This document shows positions 24,640 through 38,460 of a stretch of DNA of 64,000 nt, in pieces. Position 1 is the stretch's first letter. Every line of letters starts with the position of its first letter. Under the pieces are notes generated by a model. That model ran no database searches and was not told the origin of the DNA. It saw only the letters and a list, made by a program, of their open reading frames with translations. Origin of the DNA: Eledone cirrhosa (lineage: Eukaryota). Position numbers and translations under genes: made by a program. Location: contig OZ024764.1 of the NCBI GenBank assembly GCA_964016885.1, forward strand, positions 5,146,001-5,210,000. Direction: 5' to 3'.

Positions 24640-24873
24640 TCATTATCATTTTATGTCCGCTTTTCCCTGCTTGCAAGGGTTGGGCTCTCACCACCACTGG
24701 CCATGTTTTTCGTGGTCTTCCTTTTACTGGGATTTTTTAGCACCTCTTTACCCAGCAGTCATCCTCGATGCGCATCACTTGTCCATACCATCTCAGTCTT
24801 CTCTCCTGCACACCACAACTCATCCCCAGTTTCTCTCTCAACTCATCTATGGTCTTGTCGTTCACGCACATTG

Positions 24874-24911
<38 letters not shown>

Positions 24912-26333
24912 TAATTCTATTGACTGATTAATAGCTCTTGTTAATTTTAAAACCATTCTGTTGAGAGCTTAATTCGTTCTGTGATATTTTGCAATTTTGC
25001 AATAACACACATACTGAATTCATCCGCCAAAACTAAGGGCTGCCCCCCCCCCCCCCTGTGAAGCCCCACGTGGGTTTTGATAACGGTCAGTCCTTGGCTT
25101 GGCACTGAACTAAAAGCCTGTTGAGAAAGTGACTTCCTTGTTCGATCATCATACCAAAAGCTTAACATTATTTGTCTAAGTAGACAGTACTTGATTTAGG
25201 AGTTGCAGAAACCCAATACTGGATATTACCAACCTTCCAGGGGTCCGGGTATAATTTTCCATCATATTTTATTTGTTTGACCCGAATTACTTGGTCGTGT
25301 CTATGGCTGTGTGGATAATTGTTTAACCATCGTCTCAGTGTGTTTGGCCTTTTAACTTATGTTGTTGCTCTAGTTCACTAGCTTCTATGGAGCGCTTGCC
25401 ACACATCTCGGAAGTTGTTTTTCGTTAATTTCCAATAGCAGAAATGCAATTCTCGCTAATTTATATATATATATATATATATATATACACGTATAAGGGA
25501 TAACAAAATATCGTTATAGGTAATCCAGGTAGAAGTTGTGAATACTCTGTATTGTGGTTAGTCTTAGTCTACGGCGTTGATTGACTCAACAAGAGGTTTC
25601 CATAGGTGGCAAGTATTTGAGTTCTCTTGAATTTCTATGCAAGTTTATCTTGGAGTAATAATATTGAAAGCGTGAAGAATAACATGGTCAACAGTACAAA
25701 AGAAGGTTTTTATTTACAGTATTAACAATTGTTTCACTGATTAAGTTGTCTAAAAATCGCTGAAAACTTAAAGCTGTGCCACTCAATCTACTATATATAT
25801 TGGAAGTGGTCGGACGTTGTATATTTAAGTAAATAAGTAGGTGTAGTCGGATAAACGTCGAAACGGCTTGGTAGAATGCAGCGAAAATTTACACAGTTAT
25901 GCAGAATTGTAGCAGTTAATGATGATATATATGTAAAAGAAATAGGATTTCGCTTCAAGCATATCTTTATACAATATGTATAAATATTTTGTATCTCCAA
26001 AGAAATACGGTTTTAGGAAGCCTTAGCTCTGCAAACCCTGGGGGGCAAACGTCCTCTGGTGATGTCCAGCAGAAGCAAGGGGGACAACCGTCTATGCATT
26101 TCAGGCTTAACTGGCCATCGTCTGGACAGTCCCTCCCACTGCTTGCGACTGCTGGCCAGTTAAGCGTGAAATGCATAGACGGTTGTCCCCCTTGCTTCTG
26201 CTGGACATCACCAGAGGCCTTGAAACCCTAAGTCCCTTTTGCTCTGTGTATGAACAGAAATAAATAATGTAATATATATATATGTATGTGTGTGTATCTA
26301 TTTATATATTTAACTATTTTTTTCTCATTACAG

Positions 26334-26369
26334 CACCAATCACACACTTTCCAAGTACGAAAATATTAT
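26334..26369 (+). CDS. Putative micro-exon E8 (type A2), 36 nt: TNHTLSKYENI
   Basis: As E2 with one change, GAG>GAA, which is synonymous in the phase-2 frame. Confidence 0.72.
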
Positions 26370-28009
26370 GTAAGTGTTACCTTAACAAACTGTCTAACCA
26401 TTGTTTAATCTGCTCCTTCCTCTACCTCTCCCTTTAATACACACACACACATATATACCCCTATATATATATGTATACACACACACACACAAATATATAC
26501 ACATATATACATATATATATACACACATATATATACATATATACAAGCGAGACACGGCCTGCTGACTAATCTCGCCTTAAGTGGGACAAAACCGTCCAAC
26601 CCATGCTAGCATGGAAGATGGACTTTAAATGATGATGATATATATACACTGACACATATATATACATATATACAAATATATATACGCATATATCTATATA
26701 TATATATATGAGTTCAAGTCCGCCGAGGTTAACTTTGCCTTTCATCTTTACGAGGTCGATAAAATAAAGTACCAGTGGTGCACTGGGGTAATCGCTGGCC
26801 TTGTGCCAAAAGTAGAAACTATATTTATATATATATAACTAAAGATTAATATGGTTCGTTGATTACTCAACGAATACAGTTTTACAATAGATTAGAAGCA
26901 CTCAACAGTGAAATTTTCCTGGAGTTTTTAATATTATTCAAAATATTAACAAATGAAAAATATTCTCATAATCAAAATATATACTTTATTATATATATTT
27001 CAAAGGTATATGACATACCTCTACGGTCTTGATTATTCAATTCCACTATTGGCAGTGACTATATATTTATAGGCAAAATGAATAATGAAAGAGTTGCAAG
27101 CCGTTAAAACATATCTTTATAAAGCTCTTACATATGTTATATATATATATATCATCATCATCAGCAGCGAGACCTGGGCACTGTGTGTAGAAGATCTGTA
27201 AAGATTGGAAAGAAATGAGCCTCCATGCTTCAATGGATGTGCCATAGTAATATATGCAAATGGCAAAACATAAATGTACTGTGAGAGGATTTAGGCATAA
27301 GAGGGATTAGATGCAGTGTGCAGGAGTGGGATTGTTTTGGTATAGACATGTGATGTGTATGAAGGGTGACAGCTGTATAAAAAGGTGCCAAACGCACAAA
27401 GTTGACAGAGGCCGTGGAGTGGGCAGGTCTAGGAAGACTTGGGATGAGGTAAGGAAAGCTGATTTTGCACAATTACACCTAGCTAAGGCAATGACACAGG
27501 ATGGTGACCTCTGGCGCTATGCACAATTATAGAGGACTACATCCACAATCCACCAGACATTTTCCCTACCAACACCCCACACAAGTTCCCAAACCTCACC
27601 ATAAAGTGGTCCCGCTGCAGCCATGACAAATATGTCCAGTCCACACTGTACAGTGGTATTGTAGGTGTCCTGCCAAAAATCAATATTGGGCCTTAAAACC
27701 TTGAGTCCCTTTTGTTCTGTGTATGAACATAAATAATTGTTTCTACTTTTGGCACAAGGCCAGCAATTATCCAGTGCATTACTGGTACTTTAATTTATCG
27801 ACCCCGTAAGGATGAAAGGCAAAGTTAACCTTGGCGGAATTTGAACTCAGATCATACAGGGAGGTAACTTTGCTTCAAAGCATGGCGTCCGACCCTCTAC
27901 CGATACTGCCAATCCACCGCCTGAACATAAATAAATAATGTAATATATATATATATGTATGTGTGTGTGTATCTATTTATATATTTAACTATATTTTTTG
28001 TAATCACAG

Positions 28010-28051
28010 GTCTGATTCACTGCCGAGGTCCACTATAGGAAACAGTGACGA
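28010..28051 (+). CDS. Putative micro-exon E9 (identical to E3), 42 nt: SDSLPRSTIGNSD
   Basis: taatcacAG | GTCTGATTCAC...AGTGACGA | GTAAGT. Confidence 0.72.
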
Positions 28052-30551
28052 GTAAGTTTTAGTTTTACACACTATCTAACCATTATTCTATCTGTTCCTT
28101 CCCGTCTCTCTCTCTCTTTATATATACTAAGGTGTATTATTGGTTGTGTAAAACGGTCCAATAAATTTTTGTTAGCAATATTAAGTTCTCCACGCTTTTG
28201 TATATCTCCAATTCCATTCAAGGGAACAGCTAGATGATGTAACAAAATCCGAAGGCAAGGTAAAATTTCCAATCATTTTAATCATGTCGTGATTAAAATG
28301 ATTGGAAATCTTACCTTCCCTTCGGATTTTCATTTTGATATATATATATATATATATATATAAATATGACTCTGTCTCTTATAAACCACGTTGGCTATTA
28401 TGACACTCTCTCCAACATAGAGAGCTATGTTGGCTAATATGACTCTCTCTGTATGTTGACTATAATGACTCTCTCTCTATGTTGGCTATTATGACTCTCT
28501 CTCTCTCTCTATGTTGGCTATAATGACTCTCTCTCTCTCTATTATGTCTCTCTCTGTTCAAGCTTTATGAAGTTAGATGAACATCTTCAAAGTCCTCCCA
28601 TATTCGCCTTGTCTAATATGCGTTCTTGTACCTGATTATTTCCCCCAAATCTCCTGGGAAGTTATAAGCCATGATGGCTACCTATCTCACAATTTCTCTC
28701 CTGCCCACCCCCTCATACCACCATAGTCTATTCGACCAATCAAACCTCAGAAACATGTCCCCACCCATTACCAACCCCAACAAACTCTGCCATTACTACT
28801 ACTTCTACTTTTCTTCTAGCCCTTACCAGCCCCAACAAACCCTGACATTATTACTACTATTGTCCTTCTAGCCATGGGCTGAGGATAAATGGGGCTACCC
28901 CAAATTAATAAATGAATATGAATCCGCGAGTTACCAAGCACCCATGCAAAGCTTTAATTCAGAGACAGGAAGCATACACACCCCACTGCAAAAATTCACC
29001 CTTTCCCACGAATGGTGGCAAATGCCCAAAACTCCGAGTTGGAACCATCAATGTAAGCACAATGAAAGGAAGAGCAGGAGAAATTGTAGAGATGCTAGAG
29101 CGAAAGAAAATTGATGTATGCTGTGTGCAAGAGACTAGATGGAGAGCAGGGTCCGCTGGAGTCCTTGCAGGCAGAAGTCAGTGCTACCAATTTGTCTGGG
29201 TAGCAAATGACAACAGGATGGGAGGTGTAGCTATCCTATTAGCTGACAAATGGGTAGATAAGGTAATCTCAGTAAACAGGGTGAATGCAAGAATAATGAA
29301 ACTTGGACTAGTCCTGAATAAAACAATTGCCACAATAATATCAGCTTACGCACCCCAATTGGGGTTGCCAGCTGACTATAGCGGGGAATTTAGTTTAGAG
29401 GTCGGTGTCCACCAGGGCTCTGTTCTTAGCCCACTCCTGTTCGTTGAAGTATTGCAAGCAATAACGGAGGTGATTATGACCGGTGCCCATGGGAACTCCT
29501 ATATGCGGATCATCTCACACTTATAGCCGAATCTATGGTGGAACTATACTTGCTCAGTATGTAGAAAAGGAGTAGGCTGGCTGCAAAAGGCTTTCCCCTC
29601 AAAATGAAAAGCAGACTGTATGATGTGGGTATACGAATAGCAATGTTACATAGTAGTGAAACCTGGGCGCCGTCTGTGGAAGACTTGCATAGATTAGAAA
29701 GAAATGAAGCCTGCATGCTCCGATGGATGTGTAATAGTAATATACGCGAACGGCAAAGCATAAATGAATTGAGAGAGTGACTGAGCATAAGAGGAATGAA
29801 ATGCTGTGTGCAGGAGAGGAGGTTGCATTGGACATGTGATGCGTATGAAGGATGACAGCTGTATAAAAAGGTCTAGAGCAGTAGAAGTCGATGGAAGCCG
29901 TAGAGTGGGGAGACCCAAGAAGAGCTGGGATGAGGTGATAAAAGCCGACCTTACCCAGTTGCACCTCTCAAAGGCGATGACACAGGACCGTCACCTCTGG
30001 CATCAAGCAGTAATACAGAAGACCTGACTCCCCAGGGCTACAAGCGGAAGCTGAAGCGTATGCTCCCACCCTCTCCGACTGTACAGTGGACGTATAGGCG
30101 CCACAGACAAAAAGCACCCAGGACTCACTGTAAATGAGGTTGGTGTTAGGAAGGGCATCCAGCTGTAGGAATCAAGCCAGAATCAGTTCCTGTATGAGCA
30201 AGACAAGGTCAGCTGAACAGACACTGCCCACAACAGGACAACCCGTCTAACCCATGCTAGCGTGGAAGAATGGACGTAAAACAGTGATGAAGATGATATA
30301 TCATATATGCCAGTGTACAAGTTGACATTTGGAGCCTAAAAATATCTCTCCAAAACCAGGGGTCGACTTGTCTGCTGAATATAGTATGTTACCTTTACCA
30401 CTGAGGGGTATACAGTGAAACTGCCTGCCTAACACTTGTTGTACACCACTTACCATAACTCTAGCAACCCACCACATTTATTTCTACTGAATCTCATATT
30501 TGTTAAGTTTAACGTAGAGATTATAGTAATATCAATGTCTTGCTGTAGCTT

Positions 30552-32255
30552 ATAGGGTAGGTTACTGTTGGGTAGGTTACTGTAGCGTAGGTTACCATAG
30601 GGTAGGATAGTGTCTGGTAGGTTACCATAGGGTAGGTTACTGTAGGGTAGGTTACGATAGGGCAGGATACTGTAGGGTAAGTTACTGGAGGGTAGGTTAC
30701 CATAGGGTAGGTTACCGTAGGGTAGGTTACCATTGGGTAGGTTATTATAGGGTAGGTTACCACAGGGTAGGTGACCATAGAATAGGTTACTGTAGGGTAT
30801 TTTACCATAGGGTATGTTACCATAGGGTAGGTTACCTTATGGTAGGTTACCTTAAGGTAGGTTACCATAGGGTAAGTTACCATAGGGTAGGTTACCTTAG
30901 GGTAGGTGACCATAGTGTAGGCTACCATAGGTTAGGTTCTGTATGGTAGGTTAGGTTACTATAGGGTAGGTTACCATAGGGTAGGTTACGATAGGGTTAG
31001 TTACCATAGGGTAGGTTACCATAGCGTAGGTTACTATTGGGTAGGTTACCATAGGGTAGGTTACTGTAGGTTAGGTTACGTAGGGTAGGTTACCATAGGG
31101 TAGGTTGCCATAGAGTAGGTTATTATAGGGTAGGTTACCATAAGGTAGATTACCTCAGGGTATGTTACCATATGGTAGGTTACCATAGGGTAGGTTACTG
31201 TAGGGTAGGTTACCATAGTGTAGGATACCTTAAATTAGGTTACCACAGGAAAAGTTACCATATGGTAGGTTACTGTAGGTTAGGTTACCATAGGGTAGGT
31301 TATCATAGGTTAGGTTACCAAAGGGTAGGTTACTATAGGTTGTTACCATTGGGTAGGTTACTGTAGGGTAACATAGGTTACCATAGTGTAGGTTAATATA
31401 ACATAGGTCACCATAGTGTAGGTTACCTTAGATTAGGTTACCACAGGATAGGTTACCATATGGTAGGTTACTGTAGGTTAGGTCACCATAGGGTAGGTTA
31501 CTATAGGGTAGGCTACTATAGGTTGTTACTATAGGGTAGGCTACTATAGGTTGTTACCATAGGGTAGGTTACTATAGATTGTTACCATAGAGTAGGTTAC
31601 AATATGGTTGGTTACCATAGTGTAGGTTACTATAACATTGGTTACCATAGTGTAGGTTACCTTAATTTAGGTTACCATAGGTTAGGTTACCGTATCGTAG
31701 GTTACTGTAGGTTAGGTTACAATAGGGTAGGTTACTATAGGGTAGGCTACCAATGATAGGTTATGATGGGTTAGGTTCCATAGGGTAGGTTACCACAGTA
31801 TATGTTACCATATGGTAGGTTAGGTTACCATAGGGTAGGTCACCATAGTGTAGGTTACTTTAGATTAGGTTACCATAGGGTAGGTTACCACAGGATAAGT
31901 TACCATATGGTAGGTTACTATAACATAGGTTACCAAAGTGTAGGTTTCTATAGGTTGTTACCATAGGGTAGGTTACTGTAGGGTAGGTTACTGTAAGGTA
32001 GGTTACCATAGGGTAGGATACTGTAGGGTAGGTTACCAGAGGGTAGGTTATTATAGTATAGGTTACCGTAGGGTAGGTTTCCATGAAGTAGGTGACCATA
32101 GGGTAGGTTACTATAAGTTAGGTTACCATAGGGTAGGTTTCCATGAAGTAGGTTACCACAGGGTAGGTTAACATAAATTAGGTTACCTTAGGGTAGGTTA
32201 CCATAAGTTAGGTTACCATACGGTAGGTTACCATAGGTTTGTTAAGGTTAGGCTA
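30552..32255 (+). repeat. 15-bp satellite array (paralog of 8525-10170)
   Basis: Tandem units directly visible. Confidence 0.95.
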
Positions 32256-33971
32256 GGCTGGTCTACACGGTGAGTTAAAACTCACTTGTGACTGTAGTGT
32301 TTTAGAAGAAGTGTCTTAATCTTTCGTGCACCACTAAATTTTTTAACTATTTCCCCTGAAACTGCCTTATTTTGGGGAGGTTATCTTATCAATCGAATAG
32401 CGTCCTAAATCTAAATTACACCTCAGAATTTTAGGGGCCACGCTATGTACCGGATAGACTTGTACACCGGCATATATATATATGCAAAGAGAGCGAGAGA
32501 AACAGCGGGAGTGAGAGAGATACATTAAAACAATAACAGAGGTCTGACTGGAGAATTTACTTTAGAATTTTAAGAGAAAAGAGGAAGGTTTCAGACTTCT
32601 GGAATTCCTTCACGAAAATGTCCTATTTATCTGTAACACAAACTTCAAAAAATGAGACAACCACTTAATAACATATAGATCATGTGAGCCCACCAGCTAG
32701 ATAGATTTCCTTGTTACCATAAGACAGAGTGACTGTTATAAACACAAAGTCCCTCCCCAGTGAAGAATGCACCTCCCAACATACCTTAGGAGACAAACTG
32801 GAAGAAAAGATTATAGATCAAAATCAAAAGGTCTTAAAGTCAATTTGGTAAAGACTAAAGTTCTAGTAAGTAGAAAGGAAAACAGGGCCCAGATCTCTTC
32901 AGGTAAACTGTCCTGCTCAGTGTGCAGAAAAGGAGTAGGTAAAAATTCCATCCTATGTCCCATATAGAAATGATGGGTACACAAAAGATGTCGTGGGATC
33001 TCAGGGAGGCTAACAAAGAACGTAGCTTCTACATGTGGCCAATGAACAGGAGCAGGAAATATCAAGAGCTCTCGGGTTACAATCTCCTTCAAATACCCGA
33101 AAGTCTCTGTAGAGGTGGTAGATAGTTTCTGTTACCTAGGTGACTAAATCAGCAGTGGAGTAGGGTGGTCCCAAAACTCAGTAACAAGAGTGAGATTAGA
33201 TTGGAGAAAGTGCAGGGATCTACTACTACTGCTAACAACAAAAAGTTTTTCCCTCAAAATGAAGGGCAGACTGTATGATGCAGGTATACAAACAACAATG
33301 TTGCACAGCAGCGAGACCTGGGCACTGTGTGTAGAAGATCTGTAAAGATTGGAAAGAAATGAAGCCTCCATGCTTCAATGGATGTGCCATAGTAATATAT
33401 GCAAATGGCAAAACATAAATGTACTGCGAGAGAAATTAGGCATAAGAGGGGTTAGATGCAGTGTGCAGGAGAGGGATTGTTTTGGTATAGACATGTGATG
33501 TGTATGAAGGGTGACAGCTGTATAAAAAGGTGCCGAACAAACAAAGTTGACAGAAACCGTGGAGTGGGCAGGTCTAGGAAGACATGGGATGAGGTAAGGA
33601 AAGCTGACTTTGCACATTACACCTCGCTAAGGCAATGACACAGGAGGGTGACCTCTGGCGCTATGCACAATTATAGAGGACCTGCCCTCATAAATCCACG
33701 AGCTGAGGCATATATCTAGTATGTAACACCTTCCCCACCATCATCCCTCCCAAACACCTTCACCCCTATAACTACATCCACAATCCACCAGACATTTTCC
33801 CTACCAACACCCCACACAAGTTCCCAAACCTCACCATAAAGTGGTCCTGCTGCAGCCATGACAAATGTGCCCAGTCCACACTGTACAGTGGTCTTGTAGG
33901 TGTCCTGCCAAAAATCAATATTGGGCCTTAAAACCTTGAGTCCCTTTTGTTCTGTGTATGAACATAAATAA

Positions 33972-34564
33972 TTGTTTCTACTTTTGGCACAAGGCCAGCA
34001 ATTATCCAGTGCATTACTGGTACTTTATTTTATCGACCCCGTAAGGATGAAAGGCAAAGTTAACCTTGGCGGGATTTGAACTCAGATCATACAGGGAGGT
34101 AACTCTATGCTTCAAAGCATGGCGTCCGACTCTCTACCGATACTGCCAATCCACCGCCTGAACATAAATAAATAATTGTTTCTATTTTAGGCACAAGGCC
34201 AGCAATTACCCAGTACATGACTGGTACTTTATTTTATCGACCCCGTAAGGATGAAAGGCAAAGTTAACCTCGGCGGGATTTGAACTCAGATCATAAAGGG
34301 ACGTAACTCTATGCTTCAAAGCATGGCGTCCGACTCTCTACCGATACTGCCAATCCACCGCCTGAACATAAATAAATAATTGTTTCTATTTTAGGCACAA
34401 GGCCAGCAATTACCCAGTACATGACTGGTACTTTATTTTATCGACCCCGTAAGGATGAAAGGCAAAGTTAACCTTGGCGGGATTTGAACTCAGATCATAC
34501 AGGGAGGTAACTATGCTTCAAAGCATGGCGTCCGACTCTCTACCGATACTGCCAATCCACCGCC
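33972..34564 (-). mobile_element. Tandem trimer of the antisense SINE upstream of E10; a second trimer at 54510-55102 lies upstream of E13
   Basis: Three head-to-tail copies, each followed by TGAACATAAATAAATAA. Confidence 0.85.
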
Positions 34565-34652
34565 TGAACATAAATAAATAATGTAATATATATATATATG
34601 TATGTGTGTGTGTATCTATTTATATATTTAACTATATTTTTTGTAATCACAG

Positions 34653-34694
34653 GACTGTTCCACTGCAGAGTTCCGCTAGAGGAAACAGTGACGA
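34653..34694 (+). CDS. Putative micro-exon E10 (type B2 variant), 42 nt: TVPLQSSARGNSD
   Basis: tcacAG | GACTGTTCCACTGCAGAGTTCCGCTAGAGGAAACAGTGACGA | GTAAGT. GGT>AGT (G>S) relative to E4. Confidence 0.72.
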
Positions 34695-34992
34695 GTAAGT
34701 TTTAGTTTTACACACTATCTAACCATTATTCTATCTGTTCCTTCCCGTCTCTCTCTCTCTTTATATATATATATTTATATATACTAAGGTCTATTATTGG
34801 TTGTGTAAAACGGTCCAATAAATTTTTGTTAGCAATATTAAGTTCTCCACGCTTTTGTATATCTCCAATTCCATTCAAGGGAACAGCTAGATGATGTAAA
34901 AAAATCCGAAGGCAAGGTAAAATTTCCAATCATTTTAATCATGTCGTGATTAAAATGATTGGAAATCTTACCTTCCCTTCGGATTTTCATTT

Positions 34993-35026
<34 letters not shown>

Positions 35027-37037
35027 CTCTGTCTCTTATAAACCACGTTGGCTATTATGACACTCTCTCCAACATAGAGAGCTATGTTGGCGATTATGAC
35101 TCTCTCTCTCCCTCTCTATGTTGGCTATTATGACTCTCTCTCTCTCTATGTTGGCTATTATGACTCTCTCTCTCTCTATGTTGGCTATAATGACTCTCTC
35201 TCTCTATCTATGTTGGCTATTATGTCTCTCTCTGTTCAAGGTTTATGAAGTTAGATGAACATCTTCAAAGTCCTCCCATATTCGCCTTGTCTAATATGCG
35301 TTCTTGTACCTGATTATTTCCCCCAAATCTCCTGGGATGTTATAAACCATGATGGCTACCTATCTCACAATTTCTCTCCTGCCCACCCCCTCACACCACC
35401 ATAGTCTATTCGACCAATCAAACCTCAGAAACATGTCCCCACCCATTACCAACCCCAACAAACTCTGCCATTACTACTACTTCTACTTTTCTTCTAGCCC
35501 TTACCAGCCCCAACAAACCCTGACATTATTACTACTATTGTCCTTCTAGCTATGGGCTGAGGATAAATGGGGCTACCCCAAATTAATAAATGAATATGAA
35601 TCCGCGAGTTACCAAGCACCCATGCAAAGCTTTAATTCAGAGACAGGAAGCATACACACCCCACTGCAAAAATTCACCCTTTCCCACGAGTGGTGGCAAA
35701 TGCCCAAAACTCCGAGTTGGAACCATCAATGTAAGCACAATGAAAGGAAGAGCAGGAGAAATTGTAGAGATGCTAGAGCGAAAGAAAATTGATGTATGCT
35801 GTGTGCAAGAGACTAGATGGAGAGCAGAGTCCGCTGGAGTCCTTGCAGGCAGAAGTCAGTGCTACCAATTTGTCTGGGTAGCAAATGACAACAGGATGGG
35901 AGGTGTAGCTATCCTATTAGCTGACAAATGGGTAGATAAGGTAATCTCAGTGAACAGGGTGAATGCAAGAATAATGAAACTTGGACTAGTCCTGAATAAA
36001 ACAATTGCCACAATAATATCAGCTTACGCACCCCAATTGGGGTTGCCAGCTGACTATAGCGGGGAATTTAGTTTAGAGGTCGGTGTCCACCAGGGCTCTG
36101 TTCTTAGCCCACTCCTGTTCGTTAAAGTATTGCAAGCAATAATGGAGGTGATTATGACCGGATGCCCATGGGAACTCCTATATGCGGATCATCTCACACT
36201 TATAGCCGAATCTATGGTGGAACTATACTTGCTCAGTATGTAGGAAAGGAGTAGGCTGGCTGCAAAAGGTTTTCCCCTCAAAATGAAAAGCAGACTGTAT
36301 GATGTGGGTATACGAATAGCAATGTTACATAGTAGTGAAACCTGGGCGCCGTCTGTGGAAGACTTGCATAGATTAGAAAGAAACGAAGCCTGCATGCTCC
36401 GATGGATGTGTAATAGTAATATACGCGAACGGCAAAGCATAAATGAATTGAGAGAGTGACTGAGCATAAGAGGAATGAAATGCTGTGTGCAGGAGAGGAG
36501 GTTGCATTGGACATGTGATGCGTATGAAGGATGACAGCTGTATAAAAAGGTGTAGAGCAGTAGAAGTCGATGGAAGCCGTGGAGTGGGGAGACCCAAGAA
36601 GAGCTGGGATGAGGTGATAAAAGCCGGACTCACTGTAAATGAGGTTGGTGTTAGGAAGGGCATCCAGCTGTAGGAATCAAGCCAGAATCAGTTCCTGTAT
36701 GAGCAAGACAAGGTCAGCTGAACAGACACTGCCCACAACAGGACAACCCGTCTAACCCATGCTTGCGTGGAAGAATGGACGTAAAACAGTGATGAAGATG
36801 ATATATCATATATGCTAGTGTACTATTTGACATTTGGAGCCTAAAAATATCTCTCCAAAACCAGGGGTCGACTTGTCTGCTGAATATAGTATGTTACCTT
36901 TACCACTGAGGGGTAAACAGTGAAACTGCCTGCCTAACACTTGTTGTACACCACTTACCATAACTCTAACAACCCACCACATTTATTTCTACTGAATCTC
37001 ATATTTGTTAAGTTTAACGTAGAGATTATAGTAATAT

Positions 37038-38460
37038 CAATGTCTTGCTGTAGCTTATAGGGTAGGTTACCATACGGTAGGGTACTGTAGGGTAGGTTAC
37101 CATAGGGCAGGTTACTGTAGGGTAGGATACTGTCTGGTAGGTTACCATAGGGTAGGTTACTGTAGGGTAGGTTACTATAGGGTAGGTTACTGTAGGGTAG
37201 GTTACTGTAGTGTAGGTTACTGTAGAGTAGGTTACTATAGGGTAGGTTACTGTAGTGTAGATTACTCTAGGCTAGGTTACCATAGGGTAGGTTACTGTAG
37301 TGTAGATTACCATAGGGTAGGTTACCACAGAGTAGGTGACCATAGGGTATGTTATTATAGGGTAGGTAACTGTAGGTTAGGTTACTGTAGGGTAGGTTAC
37401 CTTATGGTAAGTTACTATAGGGTAGGTTACCATAGTGTAGGTTACCTTATGGTAAGTTACTATAGGGTAGGTTACCATAGGGTAGGTTACCTTATGGTAG
37501 GTTACCTTATGGTAAGTTACTATAGGGTAGGTTACCATAGTGTAGGTTACCTTATGGTAAGTTACTATAGGGTAGGTTACCATAGGGTAGGTTACCTTAG
37601 TGTAGGTTACCATAAGGTAGGTTACTGTAGGGTAGGTTACCATAGGGTAGGTTACTGTAGGGTAGGTTACCATAGGGTAGGTTACTGTAGGTAGGTTACC
37701 ATAGGGTAGTTTACCGTAGGTTAGGTTACTGTAGGGTAGGTTAACATAGGGTATGTTAGCATAGGGTTGGTTACCATAGGTTAAGTTCATATAGGTTGTT
37801 ACCATATGGTAGGTTACTGTAGGGTAGGTTGCTATAGGGTAGGTTATCGTAGAGTAGATTACTATAAGGTAGGTTACCATAAGGTAGGTTACCGTAGGGT
37901 AGGTTACTATAGGGTAGGGTATCATAGGATAGGTTACCATAAGGCAGGTTACCATAGAGTAGGTTACCTTAGGGTAGTTTACTATAAGATAGGTTACCAT
38001 AGTGTAGCTTACCATAGGGTAGGTTGTTACCATAGGCAAGGTTACTATAGGGTGGGTTACCATAGGGTAGTTTATGATATGGTTGGTTACCATAGTGTAG
38101 GTTACTATAACATAGGTTACCATAGTGTAGGATACCTTAGATTAGGTTACCACAGGATAGGTTACTGTAGGTTAGGTTACCATATGGTAGGTTACCATAG
38201 GTTAGGTTAGCAATGGGTAGGTTACTATAGGTTGTTACCATAAGGTAGGTTACTGTATGGTGGGTTACCATAGGGTAGGGTACCATAAAGTAGGTTATTA
38301 TAGTGTAGGTTACCTTAGGATAGGTAACCATAGGGTAGGTTACTATGGGGTAAGTTACCATAGGGTAGGTTCCCATAGGGTAGGTTAATATAAGCTAGGT
38401 TACCTCAGGGTAGGTTACCATACCATAAAGTAGGTTACCATAGGTTTGTTAAGGTTAGGC
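37038..38460 (+). repeat. 15-bp satellite array; near-identical copy at 57602-59005
   Basis: Tandem units; the 248-aa pseudo-ORFs are identical in both copies. Confidence 0.95.
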
